From the IMG/VR virus record IMGVR_UViG_3300009159_000035: a stretch of 64,000 nucleotides of DNA; one strand, given 5' to 3'. Every line of letters begins with the position of its first letter. Position 1 is the stretch's first letter. Under the pieces are notes generated by a model. That model was not told the origin of the DNA and did not search any database. It worked only from the letters and a program-made list of their open reading frames with translations. Below, one piece after another: positions 39,667 to 49,950 of the stretch. Origin of the DNA: a virus. Made by a program: the position numbers and the translations under genes.

Positions 39667-39677
39667 TAATAAATAAA
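39667..39677 (+). promoter_or_regulatory. Late promoter TAATAAATAAA
   Basis: About 24 nt upstream of the ATG at 39701. Confidence 0.7.
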
Positions 39678-39700
39678 GGTAAAGAGCTAGGTAATAACTC

Positions 39701-42700
39701 ATGGACATTAATAATTTAGTATTTTTTGATAAAAACGGTGAATCTTATAACTTTTCACAAAACGCCAATACTGGTGCTTGGGAAGGTTCTGACTATTTTT
39801 TACCAATATCAACTGCTCTATATGATGTTTCAAACCTGTTTATTCTTGAAAAAGTCGGAGATAATTACCGATTTCCAGTTTTAGAACCAGGCTCTAAATT
39901 AACAGTTACTTGGCAAACTGCTGAGTCTGCTGATAATTTTTTCTTATTTACAATTGCAAAAGAGGATACTCACACTGACTCAACTACCTACTTATCACGA
40001 CAAACTCGGCTTGATATAGATTATGAGGACCTTTCACCTGGTGGATTAGTTGATTTGGATTTAACTTATCCATTACAACTAAACGTAGGCTTTTCTCCAT
40101 CTGAGGAGGTTAGTTACAACCGAATCTTAAATATTAACTATGAAATTGGTTCAAGTAAGACGCTAATTGCCTCTATCTACTTTTATGGTGAAGGCGAAGA
40201 TGAAGATGAGAGGTTCCGAATTTGGCTAGCTAACTTTGGAATCAAGTTTAATCGAGAAGATGCTCTTTTACTAAAAGATTATGACCTAAAAGAAGGTTTA
40301 CCTGATTGGAAGCAAATTAATCAAGCAAGAAAGCAAATATTAGTAAACCGTGATCAAATTTACCCATATGTTGGTACATATAAAGGACTTATTAATATAA
40401 TTAATATTTTAGGCTACCGCGATGTACTTAGAGTAAAGGAATATTGGCAAGATCAGGACACAAAGTCTGGATACTATGGAAAATACGCAATGGTTGATGT
40501 TACCGACCTACTTACAGTTGGTGCAATTGATGAATTAGACCTAGTTGACCTAAATGGCCAACTTAAAAAAGGCGGAAAATTCAAAAAGACTGAATTTCTT
40601 GCACTAGTTTATGAATTTTCAATTGCCAGTGATGTTTATGATGATGATGGAATTCCAGAAGTTGAGTTTACCACTGATTTTACAGTAGATGAAATATTTT
40701 ATAAACTAAATCGGCTTTCAACTAAATTAAAAACTGAAATTTTACCAATAAATGTTGTAATTAAAGACGTTATTGGAGAATTCATATATTTTAGTAAATT
40801 TAATATTAGAAGTTGGTCAGATTCTGCAATAATTACTGAATTACAACTAAACGATAATTATAATACAATAATTAACCATCCTTCCCCAAAATCTCAACTG
40901 TTATTGATTAGAGATATTAAACCGCTATACCCTAAAACTAATGGAACCTCACAATTTCCTGAAATTACGTTTAACCAAACCACAATTTTACCATATCGAA
41001 ATGGCCAGCAATATACAATATCAGAAATGCCAAATTTTATTACGGCTATTGCTGATTACTATGATGATATAAACAAATACGATTTTGAATTACATGGTCA
41101 AACTAACCCAACCGTAACTGGCGATGATATTGATGGAAAAGTAGGTTGCCCAATTACCCTTGAAGCCTATATTCCAGATTTTATGCTATCTGATTTAGAT
41201 GGATCAAAATTTGGCGATTTTACCGATGGCCATTTTACAATAGGAAATATTAGATACCGTAACGGTTATGAAATTGAATGGAATATTACAGGACCTCAGG
41301 GTTATGTATTTAATTGGAGGAGTGCTCTTGCTGATCTAGTTAAACTACCTCATATTTTGCCTCACGTTGGAGACTATTTAATTAAATCAACCGTTTATGA
41401 TTTACAGGGAGGCCAAAATGTTAGCTATTTACACACAACCGTACTTAATGAAGAGCCTATAGTTGAAGTATTCATGAAAGTTCAAGATAAACCTAAATAC
41501 CAAATTAAGGACCTACGCAATATAACACTTGCCGACCTTGGAGACAGTCCGCTCTATTTACCATTTGCAAATGTAGTGCAAGGAAATACATTTAATTCAG
41601 GACTATCTCAACACTATTTAGATTGGAATACTTATTCAAATAATTTTGGAGTAGGTAATCCACAGACTGAATCTGAAATATTTACAACCGGTACTGGCTT
41701 TGAATTAATTACAAATTCTGCAAATTCTGCTAAATTACAATGGGGTACCGGTTCAAGCCAAGAAGGCCAACCTACTCTTAGAGATTATCGAAATGCAACA
41801 CTTCAAGATCTAATTCTAAATAGACTATCTGATTTTTCGTATACAGCTGACCGCTTAAATGGATTTATTATTAAATTAACCGAATACCCAAGTCATACGT
41901 TAACCCATATTAATTTCTATTCAGATGATAATTTAGCAGCATATACTCTTGGTTCATATATTGATGTTGATGATTTAGCAGATCAATTAAATACAGAGAC
42001 ATCCGACTTAAATATTCAAGAATATAGGTATGTTGTAGTAAATGAAAATATTCATGCGCATGCAAAAAGACAAGACAGAACTCTACACCGAGTTTTAGCC
42101 TTAACTTATCAAGGCTCTCCTCTTTTTACTGAACACGTATATACATTTAGTTATCCTAGATTAGTATATTCACCTACTTTAGTTAGTACTTTAAATTCAC
42201 AACTTTCTCAAATTGCCAAAGAAATAGATGAAGATTTATTATTTTTAAGTGTACCATTTGAAGACTGTTTGAGAAAAACTGGAGAAACCACTTATTCTAA
42301 TACGTCACATACCATTCCAAGTTCCTTTCCTAGCGCCAAAACATTTATTCTAACTAGGCCTCAGGAATTTATAGTAGGCCAAACAATTAAAGCCTCAAGT
42401 ATTTCAAGCCCTACTGATTGGGTTAAAGGTATTGTTACTCAACCATCTGACTCAGCATCAATCCTTATAACCATTACTAGCAGTTCATTAACTGGTAATA
42501 CTATCGCTGATTGGAAATTTGAATATGTTGAAAGTATTGCTAATTTAACCCCAACTGAAGCAGTTGCTGGTACTCCAGACTATTGGATCAATAATCAATT
42601 TGGAAACTATATTAGTTTTTCATCAACTTCTGATCCAACCGCAACCGTTACAGGTTTCTTACCGTCTAACCTAGACCAAAATACGTTTAGCCTTTCCAAC

Positions 42701-43036
42701 TTAAAAACTGGACCAGATGGGCTGGTTATTCCATTACATCAACCAGTATTTGCAGCAATTGCCAATATTGAATCTAAAAAGGAGTGCATTTGGACACTAA
42801 GACTATTTGGAAAGGAAGTTGTAACCATTAAAAACACGTCTACTTTTATTTGGAGATTTTCAGAGCCCGGAGAATATGCGCTAACTGTAAAAGTAACAGA
42901 TGTTAATAACAACGAGTATGCTCTAGTCACTAATTTTAATGCAATTCATGCAAATGGAATAAAGGACTACACTAAATATATTGAAGACACGCTTAATCGC
43001 CGCAACCTATTACACGGTTCACGTCGATTTGCTTAA
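39701..43036 (+). CDS. Virion structural protein, probable baseplate wedge subunit with PKD/Ig-like domains
   Basis: YVGTYKGLINIINILGY...VKEYW (wedge-type motif); PKD-like FSEPGEYALTVKVTDVNNN; late promoter. Confidence 0.6.
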   Translation: MDINNLVFFDKNGESYNFSQNANTGAWEGSDYFLPISTALYDVSNLFILEKVGDNYRFPVLEPGSKLTVTWQTAESADNFFLFTIAKEDTHTDSTTYLSRQTRLDIDYEDLSPGGLVDLDLTYPLQLNVGFSPSEEVSYNRILNINYEIGSSKTLIASIYFYGEGEDEDERFRIWLANFGIKFNREDALLLKDYDLKEGLPDWKQINQARKQILVNRDQIYPYVGTYKGLINIINILGYRDVLRVKEYWQDQDTKSGYYGKYAMVDVTDLLTVGAIDELDLVDLNGQLKKGGKFKKTEFLALVYEFSIASDVYDDDGIPEVEFTTDFTVDEIFYKLNRLSTKLKTEILPINVVIKDVIGEFIYFSKFNIRSWSDSAIITELQLNDNYNTIINHPSPKSQLLLIRDIKPLYPKTNGTSQFPEITFNQTTILPYRNGQQYTISEMPNFITAIADYYDDINKYDFELHGQTNPTVTGDDIDGKVGCPITLEAYIPDFMLSDLDGSKFGDFTDGHFTIGNIRYRNGYEIEWNITGPQGYVFNWRSALADLVKLPHILPHVGDYLIKSTVYDLQGGQNVSYLHTTVLNEEPIVEVFMKVQDKPKYQIKDLRNITLADLGDSPLYLPFANVVQGNTFNSGLSQHYLDWNTYSNNFGVGNPQTESEIFTTGTGFELITNSANSAKLQWGTGSSQEGQPTLRDYRNATLQDLILNRLSDFSYTADRLNGFIIKLTEYPSHTLTHINFYSDDNLAAYTLGSYIDVDDLADQLNTETSDLNIQEYRYVVVNENIHAHAKRQDRTLHRVLALTYQGSPLFTEHVYTFSYPRLVYSPTLVSTLNSQLSQIAKEIDEDLLFLSVPFEDCLRKTGETTYSNTSHTIPSSFPSAKTFILTRPQEFIVGQTIKASSISSPTDWVKGIVTQPSDSASILITITSSSLTGNTIADWKFEYVESIANLTPTEAVAGTPDYWINNQFGNYISFSSTSDPTATVTGFLPSNLDQNTFSLSNLKTGPDGLVIPLHQPVFAAIANIESKKECIWTLRLFGKEVVTIKNTSTFIWRFSEPGEYALTVKVTDVNNNEYALVTNFNAIHANGIKDYTKYIEDTLNRRNLLHGSRRFA

Positions 43037-43044
43037 TAAATAAA
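43034..43044 (+). promoter_or_regulatory. Late promoter TAATAAATAAA
   Basis: About 24 nt upstream of the ATG at 43068. Confidence 0.7.
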
Positions 43045-43067
43045 AAAGACAAAAAAAGACTTAAAAA

Positions 43068-44132
43068 ATGGCATTTACTAATCTAAATCTAAACACAACA
43101 CCTTTATTAGAAACAACCTTTATTTCTGATATGCGACTAATCGTTAACGCTAACGTTGCGGTAGTTAAGGGTAAAGTTGAAGACTTAATCAATACTTTTG
43201 AATTTGATTTAACAAACAAATACATTGGAGTTGATAATTACTTTAACCAAGTTAAAACAAATAATGTAATTCTGGGAAATAGTATTTCCTTTATGGATTC
43301 AACCAATGTAATTGGAAGTTTAACTAAATCTTCAGGAAAATCAATATTTTCAGTTGATAAACTAGTTATTCAAGCTGGAGGCTCAATTGATATGACTGGT
43401 ACTGGCAATGCAATGGCAGTAAAGAAATTAGGAGTAGGCATGTCGCTAGTTAATTTACAAAACACTGCACTATTTGCAACAGACGGATTCTATGTAGGTT
43501 CTCCAGGAACTTCAACTCCTGCCAAAACTCAACTTTATGGAGAGACTTTATTGTTAGGCCAAGCGGTTACCCAAAGTACGGATACGGAAGCAGTACCCAA
43601 TTTAATTACATTAATTTCGGAGTCTACCTATTATTATAGTACGTTAGTGCTGAGTAAATCAAGCAATCAATTTATTTACCTTACGCTTAAAGCACCAAAT
43701 GGTAGTTACTCAGGAACTGACATTTACTTATTCTTAATGGAAGATGCAACAAACCGTCCAAATCCAGGCCAAAGCTTTACAATTATAATTAAAGATTATA
43801 AAGATTCAGGTGGTTTAAGTACAATTGCAGTAGGAGATTGGGGAGCTATTAATATTGCCCCAGGTTATATTGATGGAACTAATACTCAAGTTTTAATAAA
43901 TGGCGGAGCTCACTCAACTGCTGCCACCTCAGCAAATGCAAAAACATTTGCCGTTGCAAATCAACATATTGAAATGTATAACACATCAATTCAATCAGAT
44001 ATTACTACTAAACCATTAAAGTTTGGATCATCGGTTACTTTAACTAAATTTGAGAATTTACCAGCAATTGGAACAGTTACCGATGCACGATTTGTTATTA
44101 CTGGATCACATAATATTAATATCATAAACTAA
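43068..44132 (+). CDS. Virion structural protein (fibre/baseplate-associated, beta-rich)
   Basis: G/S/T/N-rich, 354 aa, in the late cluster. Confidence 0.6.
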   Translation: MAFTNLNLNTTPLLETTFISDMRLIVNANVAVVKGKVEDLINTFEFDLTNKYIGVDNYFNQVKTNNVILGNSISFMDSTNVIGSLTKSSGKSIFSVDKLVIQAGGSIDMTGTGNAMAVKKLGVGMSLVNLQNTALFATDGFYVGSPGTSTPAKTQLYGETLLLGQAVTQSTDTEAVPNLITLISESTYYYSTLVLSKSSNQFIYLTLKAPNGSYSGTDIYLFLMEDATNRPNPGQSFTIIIKDYKDSGGLSTIAVGDWGAINIAPGYIDGTNTQVLINGGAHSTAATSANAKTFAVANQHIEMYNTSIQSDITTKPLKFGSSVTLTKFENLPAIGTVTDARFVITGSHNINIIN

Positions 44133-44147
44133 TTTAACTAAATACCT

Positions 44148-46322
44148 ATGGCAGTTGCACCACTAATAAAACCAATACAGACTCAAAAAGGAATGTTTTA
44201 TACATTCCAGAGCTCTATTGAAGATTTAAGTTTAACCTTTAACAATAATACAAATAAGTTTAAATTTTCTAAATTTGCTCTGTTGCGTATTCCAGAAATT
44301 GGAATCCCAACCACTATGACAACTGATAATAAAACCCAGTTTTTTGCACAAGGTGAAACTCCAGTATTTTCAAATTTATCAAATAATGAAAATTTAAACT
44401 TAGCAAATAGTTTTCAAAACTATGCACTTAACCTTGAAAGTTTACTAATTTCACAAACTTCATATAAGAGAGAAAAGAAATTAAATGTATCTGAAAGAGT
44501 ATTTTGGAAATGGCTAAAAGAAACTGGCGCAATTCGTTGGAGAGATTCAAATACTACTGAAGTTATTACGCTATCAGTTGGTGAAAAACGGTTTAGTGAA
44601 GATTGGTATAATTCAACATCTGCTACCTATGACCGGGTTGTTAAGTATATTGGACAAATTGATGTAGTAAATTCAGTTCGTAGTAAAGATAATTCATATA
44701 GCGAATTATATATTCATGTACCAACAAACGTTGGTGCAACTCCAACCGTTCTATTTGAGTCAAAACCTGATGAGAATTACGGACCAGATATGATCATTGT
44801 AAATACACCAGGTGATCCATTAGATCTTGAATATCTTAATGGCAGGCACTATAATGATACTCATCCATTTACTGGAATGAGCTTACAGGCATTTTATGAC
44901 CTGGATGCAAATATTGTTGATCATTATATTTCTAATACCTTATCAACCCAACCGGCATCTACTGGATTTTGGTGGGGATCCCATTCTGTTCAAAATGCAT
45001 ATTATACAGACAAAGCCGAATATTTTGGAAAGCCATATGGAGGAGTATTAACTTCTGCTCCTAAAAGCCAACGAATTTTTAAAGACTATCCAGCGTCCTC
45101 TAGATCAGTTGAATATATCCGATCTACCCATGACGGTATGACCGTTGATTTTAATTTATCAAATTACTTATTATCTCAACAAAATACAAATATTAAATCA
45201 TTTGCTCAATTAAATGATAGTTATGCAAATAGTGATTTTGAATTTAATGCAATTCTTGTTTATTATGATGTATATGATCCATCGCCAAATGCAGTTGCTG
45301 GTACTGAACCGGTTACCGTAACTAATTTATATGGAGTTTATTTCTTAAATAAAGTAGTTCAAAACGGCAGTGAATACATCATACCGATGATAACCAAGAA
45401 TAAACCGGACACCATTAACAAAACAAACGGAAATGCTTTTGCCTTTAAAGTAAATTTAAAATTTGATACTTCAATTGAGGATGTTTCTGTTGAAAAGTCA
45501 GTTAATGATTATAGTACAGTTGCTCTAGAATTATTTTACGATGTATTAACTGAAATGCGATCATTACAAACTAAATTTAATGATAAATTGCTTGAACTTG
45601 AATCTTTAAAAACCGATGTTGATTTAGCAAAAGACGCACTACTAAATACTACTTCGTTAACCAGTATTTCTACTAGACTTAGTGATCTTGAAACTACAGT
45701 TGCTGCCTCAACTTCTGCTTTTGCTGAAGCTACTTCAATAATGATGTTAATCGACAGTGTAAATAGTAGAATTGATGAATTATTAAGCGGCACAGTTTCA
45801 TTACAGATAAAATATAATACTGATTCATTTAAGCCTGGATATGGTATGGTTCTAGATAAAACTATTCCTGGTCAAATTGTATTTGCGTCAGGCGTTCAAA
45901 ACTATTCAGTAATTAATGAAGTTGACTTTAGTTCTAATATCCAAGGAGAAAAATATGTAAAATTAGGAATTGGTGGAACCCAAATTCGTCACCTTAGATT
46001 AAACGGCTCAGGTAATCCAATCCCATTTACTCTTACTAGAGACTTAACTCTCTATATTGATGATTCAATCAATGCATGGCGTCTTGGCCAAACCTTAAGA
46101 ATTGTTTGTGATTCGCAAATCATTCCAAGCTCTTACACAATTACCGTAAAAACAGATTCACAAAATATAACAAATTCGCTCACGTCTTATAATACAATAA
46201 TTGCACAATTAACGGCAGCCGATTTTCCTACTACATATGGAAGAACTGGTACAACCATTATTGATATTATATGCACAAATGCTAAAACTTTAACGTTCAG
46301 CGTTGATAAAATAATAAGATAA
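44148..46322 (+). CDS. Virion structural protein, probable baseplate component
   Basis: 724 aa; DFEFNAILVYYDVY...NLYGVYFL block followed by a coiled coil; late cluster. Confidence 0.6.
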   Translation: MAVAPLIKPIQTQKGMFYTFQSSIEDLSLTFNNNTNKFKFSKFALLRIPEIGIPTTMTTDNKTQFFAQGETPVFSNLSNNENLNLANSFQNYALNLESLLISQTSYKREKKLNVSERVFWKWLKETGAIRWRDSNTTEVITLSVGEKRFSEDWYNSTSATYDRVVKYIGQIDVVNSVRSKDNSYSELYIHVPTNVGATPTVLFESKPDENYGPDMIIVNTPGDPLDLEYLNGRHYNDTHPFTGMSLQAFYDLDANIVDHYISNTLSTQPASTGFWWGSHSVQNAYYTDKAEYFGKPYGGVLTSAPKSQRIFKDYPASSRSVEYIRSTHDGMTVDFNLSNYLLSQQNTNIKSFAQLNDSYANSDFEFNAILVYYDVYDPSPNAVAGTEPVTVTNLYGVYFLNKVVQNGSEYIIPMITKNKPDTINKTNGNAFAFKVNLKFDTSIEDVSVEKSVNDYSTVALELFYDVLTEMRSLQTKFNDKLLELESLKTDVDLAKDALLNTTSLTSISTRLSDLETTVAASTSAFAEATSIMMLIDSVNSRIDELLSGTVSLQIKYNTDSFKPGYGMVLDKTIPGQIVFASGVQNYSVINEVDFSSNIQGEKYVKLGIGGTQIRHLRLNGSGNPIPFTLTRDLTLYIDDSINAWRLGQTLRIVCDSQIIPSSYTITVKTDSQNITNSLTSYNTIIAQLTAADFPTTYGRTGTTIIDIICTNAKTLTFSVDKIIR

Positions 46323-46326
46323 CTAA

Positions 46327-49300
46327 ATGGCAGCAGACAAATCATCATTAAGCGATTACTTAGCTGAGCTCGGTGTCGATATTAATAATCTTCAAGAATT
46401 TTTACTTAAACTTTCTTTAATATTATCAACCAAATCAGACTCGGTAGAAATTAACCAAACCTTACAAAATGGAACAAAGGCAAAGTATTTAGTACCATCA
46501 TTTGGTTACTTAAGCGGCCGTGTTAATAACATAGAGCAAAAATTTAACAATCTATTAAGCGGCAATGCCAATCAATTTGGTGTTAAAGATGCAGCAGGTA
46601 ATTTAAAAACATTTGAATTAAAAGACATATCAGCCGTTATTTCTGATTTAGAAAAGGTTAGTAATTCTGGAGTTACTTTACCTGCAAACTTTAATTATAA
46701 AACAAACTGGTTTTTTGAATCATTTTTAAATCCACTACTTTATATTAACGTAGATACCTCTACTATTACTACCGATACTGATATTAATAAATTTGAGGTT
46801 AAACGGTTAATTATTACAAGTAATACTCAAGCTCAATTAGATTATTTTGATGCAACCTATAAAGGTAAAAATGATTTAGTATACGCAGATGTAATTAAAG
46901 ATCTAGGCACTCGAATAATTAACTATTTTGAAGATGAATCTGAGGTTGAATTACCTCCAGCTAAAAATACAGTTAGAGGAACATTTGATATATTAACTAT
47001 TTTAGAAGATTCTTCAACTGAGCTAATTGGTGGTCAAACCTTAAGTAATGCAACTCGTAGATATAGATTAAATACTCTAAGATACTCAACAATTTCAGGA
47101 TCAACTACTGTGGACAAATTGTTGGCTGAAGGAGACATCCTGCTTGCATCAGATAATTCAGAATTTAAAGTTAAAACAATTGATCCCAATTCAAAAACCG
47201 TAATTTTATCATTAATTTTTGGAACAGCAGGTTTAAAGAAAGGAGCTGGTGCTCTAAGAATAAAACCTCAATTAACTAAAGAATCAATTATTCAAGTAAA
47301 TTTAGGATATAATGAAAGAAATCTTATTTTCTTACGTCCAATTAGTAATAGACTTTCATTAACAACCGACCAATATTCTAAAGGTTTTGGCCTATTTACT
47401 AATGAATTAACTATTACTATGAATAATGGTAATAAATTATCATTAACTGATTTTTATACAACATATGTTTCAGATTTTGGAATGCTTTTTTTAAGTTATG
47501 CAAAAGAAAAGAAACTACCGGCTTCACTTGGAGAAATACCAAATAGGGTAACATTATCGTCTGATAATTTTAAAGTTATTCAAACTGACCAACATATTCA
47601 AGATTCTGATAATACCCTGGCGATTAGACAAAAAATTGCAGCAAAGGAACAGGCTGTTGCCCAAATTAGAGAAATTGATACTCAAATTTCAGCAGCAAGA
47701 GCTAACTTAAATACTAATTCTTCCTTAAATGAAGCACAGAAATTAAAGTTACAAAAAGATTTATCAACATTTGCTGATACCCGTGCAACACTAACAAATA
47801 CTCAACAAAGTTTAATTAGCGATATTACTTCATCAATTAAATCAACTTCAAGTTTTATAACTAATTCAAACTATAGTGTTAGAGGTTTTTGGGCAATACC
47901 CGCTCCACTTACTAGTGCTTATGGAATTCAACAAGTTGCTCAATTTAAAATTGCATATCGTGCACTAAGTAAAACCGGTATTTCAAAAACTGCTGATCAA
48001 TTAGAATTTTCAGATACCGTTGGTAATATGATAACTGGAGCATTTTCTCCATGGACCGAATTTTTATCAAAAGCTAGAGTTAAGACCTTAAATACCCTAA
48101 CTGGATTTTATGAATGGTCAGATGAAAATATTTCTGATCCAAATGTAGTTAACTCAAATCAATTAGATATCCCAATTAAAAAAGGCGAAGTTATTGAAAT
48201 CAGAATAAAAAGTTTATCTGAAGCTGGTTGGCCAGATTCTCCAGTTGAGTCAGCCTGGTCTGAATCAATTTTAGTAGAATTTCCAGCCGCTATTGAAACA
48301 GCTGAGGACGCAACTATTGTTTCTCAACAAGCATTTGCCGATGAAACTCGAATAAATTTTCAATCTGAATTAAATGCAAAAGGTTTAGACATTCACTTAA
48401 GCTCTTCATTTACTACTCGTGATAAGTATTTTGCTCATAAATCTGATGATATTGCTAGTGGCTTTTTTTCTAGTGATGGCAGTGTAGTTGATCTTTATAC
48501 AAAAGTTAAAAGTATTTCAGATTCAATTAGTGCAGTACAAACTGCGTTATCTACTGGAGCCGGTTTACTAACCGTATCAATTATTGATCAACTTGGAAAT
48601 TCGCAAACTATTACAAATGGCCAATCTTTAGAATTATTTGCTGGCTATTATAAAGACTTAATTAAAGATACTAGTGTTGTACCAGTATTATATAATCACG
48701 GTAAAATACTAGCCACTCAATATTTAATCCAATTAAAAAATAAATCACAAACTGCACTACAATTAATTTCTACCCTAAATGGCGGATTAGCTGAAATTGC
48801 ACCAATTACCAATTCGTATACTAATCCAACGGTTAATTACCATGCTAATTTAAGATATGACCGATCTCCATTAGTTATTAATAATGCAGTTAGCTCAAGT
48901 ATTGGTGGATTTGTACAAAAAGATGGTTATCAATCATCTCAAGTTAAAAGTCAATATATTTACTCAAGATATAAAAGTGTAACTTTAGCAGATACTTTGT
49001 ATGCTGGAGATAATCAAAATGGAGATGGTGATTCATCTGGTACTGTATATTCAGCATCAACTACTAACTATACATATGCCGGTATAACCATTGGTTCTAC
49101 CAAAGTTCCATATTCATCTGGTCATTATTTACCATTTAATCCAACTACCGCAACTCCATTATACTCAGTTGCCGCAGTTACAAATACAAATATTTGGAAT
49201 GGTGTAGTTACATCAAATGTTCCACAAGGCGGAGGTCAAGTTAGCGAATTCTGTATTCATAAGTCCCATCCTAGTATTATTGCAGGTGGGTCAGCTAATA

Positions 49301-49935
49301 TTACTTGGAATAACTCAACATATAATGTTGCTAGACCAGCGTATTCAATTGGAGAAACAATCCAAAGATATTTACCATTTAGCCATGCAATTCATTTTGA
49401 AACAACTGAAGCTGAATCTCAAAATATATTTAGTGCTAACTATTATCAACAGGCAATTTATGTAAAACCGGCTTCGGTAACATTAGGAACTACTGCCGTT
49501 AATATGAGAGAAAATCAATATCCTATTAAAATGGGATTTGTAAACAGCGATGAATTTTTAGTTGGAAAATACACATGTGGAGCATACTTATATATTGCAC
49601 CACAGTCTCATACAACTATTTCAGTAGATGGACTTAGCCCAGCAGGTTCTCAAAAAATGTTAGAATTTGGTGATGATGCAGCTATTAACATTCCATTAAT
49701 TTTTCAATTTAGAGCATCTGATAAATTAGGATTTGTTGGAGGGTGGAGATCAGCAGTTCCAGCTGGATTAAAAAATGTACGATATGCTAAAAAAATAGGT
49801 ATTGATATTTACTCATTAAATTCAGTATTTTCATTTGATATTTTAGTTAGAACCCAATACGAAAAAGAAACAGCTGTTGTTACACCAGTTAGTGGTCTAT
49901 CAGTTTCATCAATTGGTACAATTGCTTCTGCTTAA
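46327..49935 (+). CDS. Large virion structural protein (baseplate region)
   Basis: 1202 aa; central coiled coil and an FN3-like SLSEAGWP...SAWSE segment. Confidence 0.6.
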   Translation: MAADKSSLSDYLAELGVDINNLQEFLLKLSLILSTKSDSVEINQTLQNGTKAKYLVPSFGYLSGRVNNIEQKFNNLLSGNANQFGVKDAAGNLKTFELKDISAVISDLEKVSNSGVTLPANFNYKTNWFFESFLNPLLYINVDTSTITTDTDINKFEVKRLIITSNTQAQLDYFDATYKGKNDLVYADVIKDLGTRIINYFEDESEVELPPAKNTVRGTFDILTILEDSSTELIGGQTLSNATRRYRLNTLRYSTISGSTTVDKLLAEGDILLASDNSEFKVKTIDPNSKTVILSLIFGTAGLKKGAGALRIKPQLTKESIIQVNLGYNERNLIFLRPISNRLSLTTDQYSKGFGLFTNELTITMNNGNKLSLTDFYTTYVSDFGMLFLSYAKEKKLPASLGEIPNRVTLSSDNFKVIQTDQHIQDSDNTLAIRQKIAAKEQAVAQIREIDTQISAARANLNTNSSLNEAQKLKLQKDLSTFADTRATLTNTQQSLISDITSSIKSTSSFITNSNYSVRGFWAIPAPLTSAYGIQQVAQFKIAYRALSKTGISKTADQLEFSDTVGNMITGAFSPWTEFLSKARVKTLNTLTGFYEWSDENISDPNVVNSNQLDIPIKKGEVIEIRIKSLSEAGWPDSPVESAWSESILVEFPAAIETAEDATIVSQQAFADETRINFQSELNAKGLDIHLSSSFTTRDKYFAHKSDDIASGFFSSDGSVVDLYTKVKSISDSISAVQTALSTGAGLLTVSIIDQLGNSQTITNGQSLELFAGYYKDLIKDTSVVPVLYNHGKILATQYLIQLKNKSQTALQLISTLNGGLAEIAPITNSYTNPTVNYHANLRYDRSPLVINNAVSSSIGGFVQKDGYQSSQVKSQYIYSRYKSVTLADTLYAGDNQNGDGDSSGTVYSASTTNYTYAGITIGSTKVPYSSGHYLPFNPTTATPLYSVAAVTNTNIWNGVVTSNVPQGGGQVSEFCIHKSHPSIIAGGSANITWNNSTYNVARPAYSIGETIQRYLPFSHAIHFETTEAESQNIFSANYYQQAIYVKPASVTLGTTAVNMRENQYPIKMGFVNSDEFLVGKYTCGAYLYIAPQSHTTISVDGLSPAGSQKMLEFGDDAAINIPLIFQFRASDKLGFVGGWRSAVPAGLKNVRYAKKIGIDIYSLNSVFSFDILVRTQYEKETAVVTPVSGLSVSSIGTIASA

Positions 49936-49950
49936 AATAAAAACTAAATA